Origin: Dicyema japonicum
Lineage: Eukaryota; Animalia; Dicyemida
Direction: 5' to 3'
Assembly: GCA_011109175.1 (NCBI GenBank)
Contig: RDEW01000004.1
Coordinates: 1,539,067 to 1,603,066 of the forward strand
Length of the DNA stretch: 64,000 nt
Shown here: in pieces, positions 1 through 11,808 of the stretch
How the letters are laid out: every line of letters begins with the position of its first letter
Position numbering within the stretch: position 1 is the first letter of the stretch
The notes under the pieces: generated by a model
What the model was told of the DNA's origin: nothing
Databases searched by the model: none
Seen by the model: only the letters and a program-made list of their open reading frames with translations
Made by a program: the position numbers and the translations under genes

Positions 1-859
1 TTAGATGACAACTGTTCATAGCTTAAAATAAAGTGTGCGTCCTGCCTGGGAGGAGCGATAGCTAATGTGGCTCCTCGTAAAGTGCATTTTTGAATTTAGT
101 CTTTTTGAATTTAGTTTTCTTTTACAGTGTTTATTCTACACTCGAAATGTCAAATTATTTAAACATTTCTTTCAAAATGTTGAGCAAAAAAGGCAGCCAA
201 CTGCTGTTGAACAATGAGAACACGAGTCACAAGACACAAAAACATACTTACAAAACAATAGTGACTGAACTTATTAACCGTATGACTAATTTTATGATAA
301 AGCGTACTAACTGAGATAAAGAACTTTAAAAACTGTGCACATATATGAAAACTATATTTCTAAATTGTATTTCTAGCGCGGCCCGGTATCGGTCGGCGGC
401 TCACCACTGACTTAAATGATTGACCAAGTAATGACTGAATGACAGAAAAGAAAAAATGTAAGATCTATGAAATTGTTTTGTCTGATTCTTTTAGAGTTTT
501 TTGGTGCTTTTTGAAAATTTTAATTGTTAATGTATCCATCTGCGCCAGCTGTACTTTGCCTTTGCATCTGAGGATTGACTTACCATCGGAAGTGTTTTGC
601 ATTCTAATCTCAGACTAGAACGTAGTCTAAATCAGAGGATAATTTAATTTATTAACTCTAAAAACATCAAGAAGAAAGTTAATAATTAACAACTAATTAG
701 GCTTATTCAGTACCCACAGTCGCGGAAGCAGAGTCGTTCCATAGAGACATAAAAGTTCATTCAGCGAGTAGCCAGTAGAAGGAATCAAACTCAGAACCGA
801 TTGCTATAGTATGAGTATGACGTCCAAGCCACTAAACTATTTAAATAATAATAATAAAT

Positions 860-1195
860 TACAAAGACCACAGTAACAACCACGTGATCCCGGCACGATT
901 AAAAAAAGACTTCAGCTTAGCACGTTGATCGTCCCTCTAGCCCACGCAACTACGCATCGCCCATGTAACTGGTTCCTCGTAATCGCAACTGCAGGTTCCT
1001 TTGTTTTTCAGTAATAAAGATTCAAAGGGCATTGGAGACTGGGACTCTCCAGAAGTTCATTTTTTCGTAATTTTGGAAGCCCTTTTTGGCTGGCTTCGAT
1101 TTTCATGCAATTTGTTCCAGAAATAAGAAGGCCCCATGAAGCACATGCATATCAGATACATGGCTCGATGTACTGCTTGTATATTGTGTTCAAAA
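860..1195 (-). mobile_element. APE-type LINE (family A) 3' fragment
   Basis: Reverse strand encodes a degenerate RT C-terminus ending ...RAGIT-stop (gggatcacgtg) followed by a (TTA)n tail; homologous to copies at 10.9 kb, 23.3 kb and 34.9 kb. Confidence 0.75.
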
Positions 1196-1334
1196 ATATA
1201 GGGTAGATATAAAATTGATATTATACTTATTTAAATTTCATAATTAATAAATAATAATCTAATTATTTTTGATAAAATTAAAAATATGATAATTTTTGTT
1301 TATGATATTCTGGATTAAGTGGCTATTCTGATAT

Positions 1335-2718
1335 ATGGACAAAGATGTATTTGTTAACTCACTGATTAATGTTACAAAAGAGGTAATTTTAAAATATATA
1401 TCTTAAAGGCAGAACAAAATCTCCTAAAAAGCCAATCACTTGAAAGAGAAGCCAGAAATATTGAAATTGAAGATCTTAAGAAAAGAGCATCCTTAGATGA
1501 GCAAGATACTTCAGTTTCAAATGTATTATGTCCAACCACCGAAGAAGTCGATTTATTTATGACTACTACAGTCTAGTGTCGCTCAGATAAAATTGGAAGA
1601 ATCAATCACTTTTGACTCAAATAAACGATGAAAAATCCATTTTGCTGTCAGAACTGAATGGACAGCAAATGATTATTCAAGAATTAGAGGAATCTGTCAT
1701 CCAAAACACAAAGTTACTTCAAAATAAAACCAAGGTGTGCTTACTTTTTTTAATTTTATTGCCATCAAATTATTATTTTAGGAATTAACTGAACTTAATG
1801 AAGCCATAACTGGACTTTCTCAGCGTGTTTCGTATTCAAAGGAACTCTTGAAACAACGCGATTTATTGATTGAAGTGATTATTGTTCATTAACAAAATTC
1901 ATAGGAAAGTCAGCTGTTGAAATTAATTGAAAACAGAGGACCTGAAGACGTCACAGTTCGATCTGTCGCAATATTATCTGACGATTTAAAAGAAAAGTTA
2001 GATCAATATGAAGGTCCTGCAGATTTTGGTAATTATTTGGTTTATTTTTAGAGGAAAAACTGTTCAAACTATTTAATGACAGAAATAACTTATTGACAGC
2101 TGTATGGTTTTCTCATTCCTTTATTTCCTATCGCTCGCTTTAATATTCACACTCTAAGCTTATTTTTAGCTAATTTAGTGGATAATCTTTAATACTGGCC
2201 TAATTATCAAAAATACTTTGAATAATTCATTTATTTATTGCAATTATAAAAATGAATCATTTTTGACATTTGATGTGTTTAGATTGGCTTACTCGAGTCA
2301 GAGATCAAATTTTATTCTGAACAACCTAAAGTGAAATTGGAAGACAAGAAGGAATCACTGCTAAACTCAGAAAGTATTGTTTTTATTTATTCAAAGTCGA
2401 ACAAACCCGAAGATTTAAAAACCTGGAAAATCAGTACTCATTAAAGATTCAGGAAGTTTCTCTCCTTAAGACAAGAGTTTATTTTTTTGCTCATTCTAGA
2501 TATCTAGTCTAGAATCCCAGGTTGAGCACTATCGTTCCTCAGTCGAGACTTCCGAATCGAATGAGGATGCATTTAGGGCTGAAAACAGAAGACTTCGTGC
2601 CACAGTTGTTGAATTGAATCATTATTAGTTGAGGGAAATGAATAATAAAGTATCTAATGCTGAAGTGGAAAATGAAATTCTTCAAAAACGTCTTATAAAA
2701 TTCAAAGATTCAAAATGA
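1335..2718 (+). CDS. Multi-exon coiled-coil protein, unknown function
   Basis: ATG at 1335 (MDKDVFVNSLINVTKE); E/K/L/Q-rich exons separated by ~22-30 nt GT-AG introns; ends ...EILQKRLIKFKDSK-TGA. One junction near 1590 does not splice cleanly (possible indel). Confidence 0.55.
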
Positions 2719-2849
2719 TAGATTTTGAAAATTACTAATATTTTAAAGAGATTTATATTTTTATGCACATCTATTTTAAATTTACATTTTCTACATCCTC
2801 TTTGATGAGCGCATTTCCTCTAAAATTAAAGAGAGAGGCCAACGTGAGA

Positions 2850-3720
2850 ATTCCTAGCAGCTACAATTACAAAGGTGCTAACTGGAGATTATATAGCGCA
2901 ATCTCGGAAGACAGACTGAAGAATCGTTACATGGATAGCTTATGTTCTCTAGATAAAGCGATCAGCTACTTTACCCATATTAGAAGCAAGATAAATGGTT
3001 ACACCCAAACATATATTAAATTCGTCGAGTGATCGTGGGAAGGCGTATTTGATTAAAGAAAGAAATCATCTCACTTTGGAAATGGAACTCCGGATCAGAG
3101 CATTGAATAATGAAATAAGGCCAAAGAGCTCAGGGCGCAGAGGCTGAAGTGGAATCGTGAGCTAACAACAGTAAATCGAAATCGTACTAGAGGCTGAAGT
3201 GGAATGGCGATCTAACAACAGTAAATCGAAATCGTACTAGAGGCTGAAGTGGAATGGTGATCTAACAACAGTAAATCGAAATCGTCACTACTATGTTCCA
3301 TTTCAAAAATCCTGGAGAGGCTTGTGCTCAGGAGAATAAAAGAATTCTTACCATATACGCTTTTTCAGTACTGATTCAAAAATGAGAAATCTACATACTT
3401 ACTAACATTGACCTACTTTATTCAAGTCGGATTTGCAAACAAGTTCAGACAGTGCTCTGTTCGATCGACATACACAAGGCATCTGACTCAGTCTCGCGAA
3501 AAATATTTCAATATGAGATTCCAAGAAAGCTCAATCTTTGGATTACCAACTTCCTAAGTGGACAAAGGGGACGTGTATGCCAAACCTTCTATTCTCTTTC
3601 TGACCTCTATGGCAATTTTTTTAAAATTACTGCTTTATTGTGTTACTCCATTTATCTTCTACAATCCAAGATATCGATATCCCTCTGCTCCATCCAAATA
3701 ATTATCTTCCTTTGATAAGC
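2850..3720 (+). mobile_element. Internally deleted family-A LINE fragment (EN-RT linker plus RT N-terminus)
   Basis: NYKGANWRLYS linker resembles NYNLADWPRFS at 46.2 kb; downstream SIDIHKASDSVSRK...LWITNFLSGQRGRV is LINE RT. Confidence 0.65.
3139..3285 (+). repeat. Three tandem copies of a 50-bp unit
   Basis: aggctgaagt recurs at 3141, 3191 and 3241; unit agaggctgaagtggaatggYgatctaacaacagtaaatcgaaatcgtact; no spacers. Confidence 0.95.
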
Positions 3721-3739
3721 ATTCCAGGTTAGTAGCCGA

Positions 3740-4500
3740 CTTTTCAGTGTTTTTCTAAAGTCCAATTGATTTAAAAAATACTACAATATCTTCCATCATC
3801 TTAATAATTGTCGCCTCTATTTGAGCAGATATTTTCAAATCATCCATAAAAAGCAAATGGTTCGTGGCATAAGCTATCATTGATGAGGTTGACTGATTAA
3901 TATACACTTTTGGATATTTTACACTCAACAACTTGCTCAAAGGATCCATTATAAGCACAAAAAGCTGTGGAGACAATGAATCTACTTTAAAATACCTTTT
4001 GATATCTTCACTGTTCCAATTTCTTGTTTGTCAAAACTCAATTTGATTTGCCATTCAGTTACCAGACTGATGCAATTAATTATTCAACGAGGAAGTCAAC
4101 AACATTCGAGAATTTGAAATAAAAATTTGTGACGACCGACCGAGTCAAATGCTTTTCTCACATCAATCCAAGCTGAATATAAGCAATTTCCTAATTCCTG
4201 GTTTAATAATTGACCAGAGCCTGTTCATTAGCACCCTGACCCATCCATCTCGTTCCAAACTGATTGTCAGATGCAAATTCATATATTTTAACGAAATCAG
4301 TCAATTTCGTTGTCAATTTATATAAGTTGGGCATACAAGATTAGTCATAAATCTTTCGGAGATCCGAATTATTTTTTTATGAGGTACGTGATCCCAGTGT
4401 AAAACCATTCACATGGGGTATATTCACCATTTCACAATCTCCTTACACAAATACTCACCTCTCTCTACCGACTTAGGATGTCATCTGTCCATTTTTCAAC
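3740..4500 (-). mobile_element. Degraded R4/Dong-like RT fragment (second subfamily)
   Basis: ORF 3755-3976: MSPQLFVLIMDPLSKLL...NHLLFMDDLKI, matching LSPLLFVLCLEPLSRRL...NHLLFIDD of the 14.5 and 60 kb elements. Confidence 0.75.
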
Positions 4501-4509
4501 CTCTGCAAG

Positions 4510-4680
4510 TTGACAAAAAGTCACCTATTCGAATTTCATGAATTAGCACAACGTTCGTCTACAATGGCGGACTGACCGATTTATGGGAGCGACCGCATTT
4601 GCTGCGTTCTATTTAATAGCTGCTGGCCTCCTACAAGTTAGTGAGGCCGGGGTTACTTAACTAACTAATTATCACAATTA
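4510..4680 (+). mobile_element. Family-A LINE 3' end
   Basis: Ends GAG GCC GGG GTT ACT TAA (EAGVT-stop) followed by a (CTAA)n tail. Confidence 0.5.
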
Positions 4681-4734
4681 CTCATGCAATGAATCGAACT
4701 TTATGAAAAATATAAATTCCATCGAATCCGCTTG

Positions 4735-4870
4735 CTTTTTTTACCCCAAAATTACCGGATTATGAAAAAGTAAAAAGTTAACTAGTAACTAAGTGACCCC
4801 GGTTTTCCGGGTTCTGGCTCTCGTTCGGAGTCCTCGAAGATCCAACAGAATAAGTAAAAACGGGCTTGCT
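4735..4870 (-). mobile_element. Family-A LINE 3' end
   Basis: Reverse strand ccggggtcacttagttactagtt (GVT-stop), then the 3' UTR hairpin ccgg-taatt-ttgg. Confidence 0.55.
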
Positions 4871-5214
4871 TTCCAATTGATTAATGATCTCCAAAATAAA
4901 TTAATCATCAAAAACTGCTGGGTACATATCAGCTCAACTAATACGTTTATTAATATCAAATCGATCATCCTAGAAAGGTTTTTGTTTCCATAAATTGTTC
5001 AAAACCGAAGAAATTCATCATCCTTAAATCCGTAAATCCGTATTCATTAACTGTATTAGTCCGCTCACTCTTCTGAACGTTTTTCTGGACTCAAGAATAC
5101 GCAATTTCTTTTCCAGAATCTTAATTTTGTCACTAGTCAAAGTAGAAATTCTAGCAATTTCATCTTTTTTAGACCTCTTATATCAGAATGAAAATAACTT
5201 TAATTAATAAGACT

Positions 5215-5560
5215 GAGACAAACCATATCCTAATGAGGGAGGTCTAGAATATCAAACAGAACTGTGTATGAGGATGAACTGCTCATCAATCTCGTTTGAA
5301 ATCACGGAAGCTTGATTTAGGCTCTTTGGAAATGTACTAAGAATATATCTGAGTCACGAGATGGATGACTTTTCAGGCGATCGCCGATTACGTGGACGAC
5401 CAAGGATCACCTTCCCAATTGTCCTGGACGAGGATTTTTAAAAAATTGGGAGGTGTCTCAGAGAGTGAAACAACTTAGACTACAAGAGTTTTCTTGTGAT
5501 GGGAACAGGTAAGGAGGATGACGTTGTTAGTAGTTTCTGTGGTTGCAGATGGTTTCTCAT
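5215..5560 (+). mobile_element. RTE-like LINE 3' fragment
   Basis: Degenerate RLFGNVLR...RGRPRITFPIVLDEDF, typical of RTE-clade C-termini. Confidence 0.55.
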
Positions 5561-5762
5561 TACCATTGCATAATATAATAAATAGTTTGTAGTAATTTCG
5601 CGTTGTATTGAATAGTTTCATATTGAATTTAGCGCTCATGTTTATTCTTAGACTTAATATATGTGAAATATCTATTTATTCGTTGCTTGGGAGGTTGTCA
5701 TATAGATAGTATTATTGATAGTATTTAAGTTTCGTTTTGAAATTTAGACGACTTTTTTTCCC

Positions 5763-8700
5763 ATGTCATTCAAACCTAGAAAAAGGATAAAAGAAAATAG
5801 TGATGAAACTGTATGTTCGTTAATATTCAGTATTTTATAGAATTATGAAGTTTCCGATTGGATTAGAAAAAATTTTCAACGCAGTCAATGCTCTTTATTT
5901 ATTTCAAAAACTGGAGAAAGAAAGTTTAAATTTATCCACCTATAATGTAGTGACGACAGTTTGTGCCATTGTAACAATACAATGTCCCAACATAGTGAAG
6001 ATGCCATAATCAGAAGTAGAGAATTAACAATTTCTATGTGGAGTCCTACGTTGGATACAAAAGCTATCCCTACTGATGCGTTTGGCGAAATGGAATTTCC
6101 GGGCTATGGAAATCGAAGTGCTAAAGTAATATCTTGAATTAATTTAAGTACATTTGTATACACGAATCAACGAATATGGACAAAACTCTTATACTTTTTA
6201 TGAAGATATGGAAAATTCCACTGCCAAATTTGCTTATTTCAGTTACAGGAGGTGCAAAAAGCTTTACAATGGCACCAAAACTTAAGGATATTTTCCGCAG
6301 AGGGCTGACTAAAGCAGCTTGCAGTACTGGTAATATTGTATTTTTAATATTTTAGGAGCATGGATAATAACTGGAGGAATGAATGCTGGCGTTATGATGC
6401 ATGTAGGAGAAGCGATTAAGCATCATAACATACTATCAAGTAGTAAAAAGAAGGTCCCCTGCATTGGAATCGCTCCTTGGGGATGTGTAGGTCTGAGAGA
6501 TCAGTTAATATCGCCAATGGTTTTTAATCAATTTCAAACTTATCAGGGAAAATGGCCTGCAGCCTACAGACTAAGAGAAAATTCTAGACTACACAAAAAC
6601 GAATCTCTATTGGATGACAACCATACTCATTTTATTCTTGTTGATAACGGAACTTCTTATAAATATCGTGTCGAAATAGAATTTAGAACTAAATTTGAAG
6701 AATATATAAGCAATATGAAAACTTCTAAAGAAGGTGATGTGCCCATTAACAATAGATGGAATGACAATTCCAATAATTTTGCTTGTGATGGAAGGAGGAA
6801 TTGGAACATTGGAAACGGTCGCTTCTTCAATTAAAAGAAAGACTCCTGCTTTGATAATCGAAGTGATTTTAGTTTTTTAGAATAGGGATCGGGAAGAGCA
6901 GCCGATGTCCTCGCGAAAATTTATCATTACATAGAAAGCGGTATTTCAAACTACTTTATTCACATTTTAGATCAAAATTCCAAAAACCTGGACAGTTTTA
7001 TCATGAATTCCATCAAAAAAGAATTTGGATCAAATAATATTGAAGAAATGTGTTTATATGCCAAAATTTGTTTTCAAAACATGGATTTGGTAACAGTAGT
7101 TTCTTTGGATGGAAAAGAGGAAATTGATGATGCTTTGTTAAAGGCTTTATTCAAAGGTTGATGTCTCTGAATGTTAAATTTAGCCAATAAAAATCAAATT
7201 GCGCAACTTAAATTAGCCCTTGTTTGGGATAAAATTGAAATGGCAAAAAGTGAACTATTTTTTCGTAAGACAAATATGAATGTTAAATTTGTAAATAATT
7301 TAGCCAGTGCAATTGGAGGAAGTGTTACATTCAGCAATTTTAGTAGGCAATATTTCATTTGTAAAATTAATATGTGAAAATGGAGTTGAATTAAAGCGGT
7401 ATCTAACAGCAAATAAACTAGTAAAACTCTACAATCAGGTTTCATTCTGAAGTTTATCAAGATACCCCCAAATTGTCAACTGGCAATTTTATTAAAGAGA
7501 ACTAAAAAAGTTACAATTTATTTATTAAATTAAGTCAAGTCGTTTTACTTCACTGAAGGATGTTGGATTATTCTTACAATATTTAATGGGAGATTTTTTT
7601 AAACCGGTATACTTAACCGATTCAAGGTAATATCTCACATTATCTCTGATAGATATCTAAATATAGACACAAACATGGTCATGAATTTCGACGTAAAGAA
7701 ACCAGTAATTTTGCGAAATCTATAATTAAATTCATAAATAAAGAAAAAATGCCAGAATCATTTGAAATTGAAAATGCTCATCAAGAATTGTTTATTTGGT
7801 CAATTTTAATGAATAAATTGGATTTGGCGTATTATCTTTGGACTGAAGGAAAGGTTGTTTATACCAAATGTGAAATTATAGAATCCGGTTATCACTGGTT
7901 TAGTTGCGTCAAATCTGTTAAAACGGTTAAGTAAACTAACAAATGATCACGATTTAAGGGATTTATTTGAATCTCAATCAATGTAGTGAAATATAACATT
8001 TTTAGAAAATAACGAATTAGCTATTGGTGTAATTAACGAATGTTGGAAATTTGATGAACAAAGGGCTCATTTAGTCATGCTAAAGCAGCTGTCAAATTTT
8101 GGGAATTGCAATTCACTCACTATTGCAGCTCAAACGACTAACAAAGATTTTATTTCAAATTCATGTTGTCAGTCTCTTTTGTCAAAAATTTGGATGGGTA
8201 GAATTAACCAAGAAACTAGCGTATGGAAGGTAAAATATTGTTTTTATGCTTTAAAGCTTTTAATATCTAATATTTTCCCATTATTAATACTATTTTATAT
8301 CAAATTCGATTTTATTGAAAACTCGCCCAATTTATTTAATAAAAGTGAATATAAATTTTTAAAAAATCGGTATAATTTTAATATTTACTTTTATTTTGAG
8401 ATCTTCGAAATCAATTAATTTCGAGAAATTTAAAAGGTCAATTAAAAAGTTTGATTTCTTCTATTCTGCGCCAGTCGTGATATTCATGTTAAACTGCGTA
8501 CTAATGTCGTTATTTCAGTTCACTTATATGGTTTTTCTTGTTATATACAGTTATGTTCTACTTGTCGAATATTCCGGCGATTTTTCAAACATGGATTTTG
8601 TAATAACAATTTTTGTTATCAGTGTATTAGCTGAAGAAGTTCATCAGGTAACAAAATTATAACAATCCGAATAGTTTTTTAGAGGACAAAATATCGGCTT

Positions 8701-9863
8701 CAAAACAAAACTGAAAGATTATTTTTACGACTTTTGGAACGTTTTGGATTTTACAAGCGGAATAATCTTTTTAATTGGACAATCTATCCGGTTTTCATGT
8801 GACACTAGCAACAAAACATGCTTTGATATTGCAAAAACAACTCATTCAATATCGCTGATGCTTTGCTATTTTAGACTACTTCATATTTTTTCAGTTAACA
8901 AACATCTTGGACCAAAAGTTGTTATGATAGGAAAAATGGTTAAAATTGTAATTAATATTAGATGGTTGATTTATGCGTATTTGTTGCCATTTTACTCGTC
9001 TTTATGGTCTCTTATGGAATCATACAACATGCGATTTTGTATCCAAATTCAGAGCTAACAATGTCATTGCCATTCGACGTTCTTTCAAAAGCATATTGGC
9101 AAATTTTCGGAGAGTTATTTTTGGCAGATATTAGCGGTTTTATTTACTTTATATTAATTTAGCAACCGAACAGTCAGGCGCATGTAGTTTTAATGAAACC
9201 ATTTATAAAGCTGGAATTAAAATCCGTTGTCCTACTGTATTTGGAAGTTATGTGATTCCGATTCTACTAGGATTTTACCTAATATTTGCCAGTGCATTGA
9301 TGCTGAATTTGCTCATTGCTATGTTTAGGTATTTTTATCAAATATTTATAGTTCTACTTTTACCAAAATCCAAGAATCAACAGACAAACATTGGTGTTTT
9401 CAAAGATATCAACTTATTCATGAATATTATAACCGACCAAATCTTGCTCCCCCTTTTATTTTACTCTCTCATTTATTAATACTAGCCAACATGATTATAT
9501 GTTCATTGAAACTAAATTATATAAAACCGAAAGAAAAATCAAATGGTCTAAATTCAAAATGATAACTTAGACGATTTCATAGAAGAATTTGAATTGAAAC
9601 AATTAATGCAGTGGGAAAGTTTACGAGCAGACGATTATATAAGGAAGAAACAATTAGAAGCAACGAATAAAACAGAAACTAAAATTTTAGAATTGGAAGA
9701 AACGTAAATATATTTAAATAAAATTTAGTATAAAAAATCTTAAAAAACGGTTGAATTTTTCAGCGACAGAACAAAAAGTTGTTCATATCTAAACTTTTAG
9801 GTTGACTTGCTTGCCTCAAAAATTAAAATAATTTCTGAATATTTAGAGGTTTTTGTAGTTTAA
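5763..9863 (+). CDS. TRPM: TRPM cation channel (beta/TRPM2-like, no NUDT9-H domain), many micro-introns
   Basis: Spliced motifs: TDAFGEMEF, PNLLISVTGGAKSF, GAWIITGGMNAGVMMHVGEA, CIGIAPWG, LDDNHTHFILVDNG, EGGIGT, ELFIWSIL, FYSAP, EEVHQ, DFWNVLD, LGPKVVMIGKM, pore YWQIFGELF, LLIAMF, TRP box WCFQRYQLIHEY..RP.LAPPF. Confidence 0.92.
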
Positions 9864-10234
9864 ACTTTTATTAGACTAGATAATCTGATTTTTTCGAATA
9901 AAGTTTTTAAATAATTATTCATAATATTATATTTTCCAAACTTTAATTTTATTCAATTTAAAATTGCTCATACAATCACAGATGTTTTTAACAGCAGCAT
10001 TCTTACGATAATTGTTTAATTAGTTAGTTTGTGTAACTAGTTAGTTTGTGATGTGGTGTTATTATTATTGAAGTTATGTTAGTCTAGGTATGGATAAATT
10101 TGTAACTTTTACATTAAGAAAAAGTACTTAGATAATTTTCTCGATAAGAGTTCATGACTATTTTTATTATGTGGAAAAGAAAATGGCGAACATAAAACAT
10201 TTTCAGAATTGAATTTATTCAAAAGATCAAGTTA

Positions 10235-11715
10235 AAAACCAAAATTGATATCTAAGTGATCCCAGCACCTCACAACAGTGCCTTCAGTTTGGGCAGTTAC
10301 GAAAAGGGTCGGCTGTTTGGATGTATTGAGCGGAATTTGAGAACCTCCAAAACTTTCGGAAATGGTGAACCACATGACGCTACGCTAAATATTTTAACAA
10401 AAATAGAGATGAAATGAAAAAATCCAAAGACCACGGTAACGCTAAACTGACTACTCAGGTGATCAAGACACTCTCCAACGGAAATTTCAACATGGCACGA
10501 TGTTCCTCTCTCGACCTCACAAATCACATATCGGCCATACAACAGTATGTTTACAGTCGCAGGAGCCCGCACCTCGGTTCACTCGGATTGGAAATCCAGA
10601 TGCATTGTAGAGCGACCCTTTCAAGAAGTCCATCGCTCCGTTACTCTAAAAGCCCTTTTTGAGTGGTTTCAATCTTTATGAAATTTGTCCAAGAGATAAA
10701 CGGGCCCCAGGAAGCACATGCATATGCGATTCATGGTTCGATGACTGTTTGTGAACAAAATTCAGGACTGGATGGTTTCCGTCCCTAAATAATCCCGAGA
10801 GGCTTTTCAGAATGTTAGACTTTTTAATAATTACGCTTTTACATTCTGAGAAAAAAACGTGCATGTCGAAAATAGTAATAATAATAACACCAGAGACCAC
10901 GGTTACACAAGCTAACTAATCACGTGATCCCAGAACGCTCTAGCAGGGACCTCATCTCCTCCCTTGACCCCACACAAGCACGTATCGATCGAGTGACTGG
11001 ACCTTCGCAGTCACGACGGCGCGTTCCATGGTTCATTCTTATCAAGGCTTCAAGAGGCATTGGTGGCTGGAGCTCTCCAGAAATCCAGCGTTCCGTGATT
11101 TTGGAGGCTCTTTCCCGGCTAGCCTCGATCTTCAAATCATTTGTCCAAGAGATGAGTGGGCCCCATATACCACATACATAAGAGTTTATATACAGTGCTC
11201 AAAACAGAATGCTTTTCGATCTTCCATAAACCTGTGAGGCATTTCAGAACATTAGTTTTCTTTTCACATTTCGTAATTACGTTTTCAACATGGGCGAGAA
11301 TGACATATGCATGTCAAAAGTCACCCCAAGGATCCTTTGAAATTTTCTGAAAGGAATAGCCACATTGTTTGCCTTCAGTTCGACCGTCCGTCTTCCCAGT
11401 CTCTTGTCTAAAGTAAATAGGGTTGTGACGGACTTTTCACTGCTAGTAGTTAAGTGATTCTTCGATTGCCATTTGTCAAGACAATCCAGATTTTCTTGCA
11501 ATTTCGAAGTGGCAATTTGGATGTCTTGATCGCGTGACGCAATGACGATGTCGTCGCATAAGTTAGAATAATAATATTTTCGGAGTCTGGAGTGGGGAGG
11601 TCCGTCATAAATAAGTTAAATAAAATTGGAGACAAAGGGGATCCTTGGGGAACCCCATTAGGGAGACACCGTGAATAGACGTGCATGTCGAAGATAAAAC
11701 AGAATTTCAAAATTA
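10235..11715 (-). mobile_element. Cluster of three family-A LINE 3' fragments, one nested
   Basis: Three IT-stop termini (~10255, ~10455, ~10925); GVPQGSPLSPILFNLF RT motif at 11.6 kb; duplication acgtgcatgtcgaa at 10857-10870 and 11679-11692 flanks the youngest copy. Confidence 0.85.
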
Positions 11716-11808
11716 CAAAGTTTTTTAAGCGTTATGTTTTAATTATTAATCTAATTTAAATAAATAATAAAATAATTACAAAATACTATCTTGTTATCTT
11801 TACCTAAA

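Noticed and set aside
3139-3285. CRISPR-like array
   Set aside because: Contiguous 50-bp units with no unique spacers, no cas genes, eukaryotic context.
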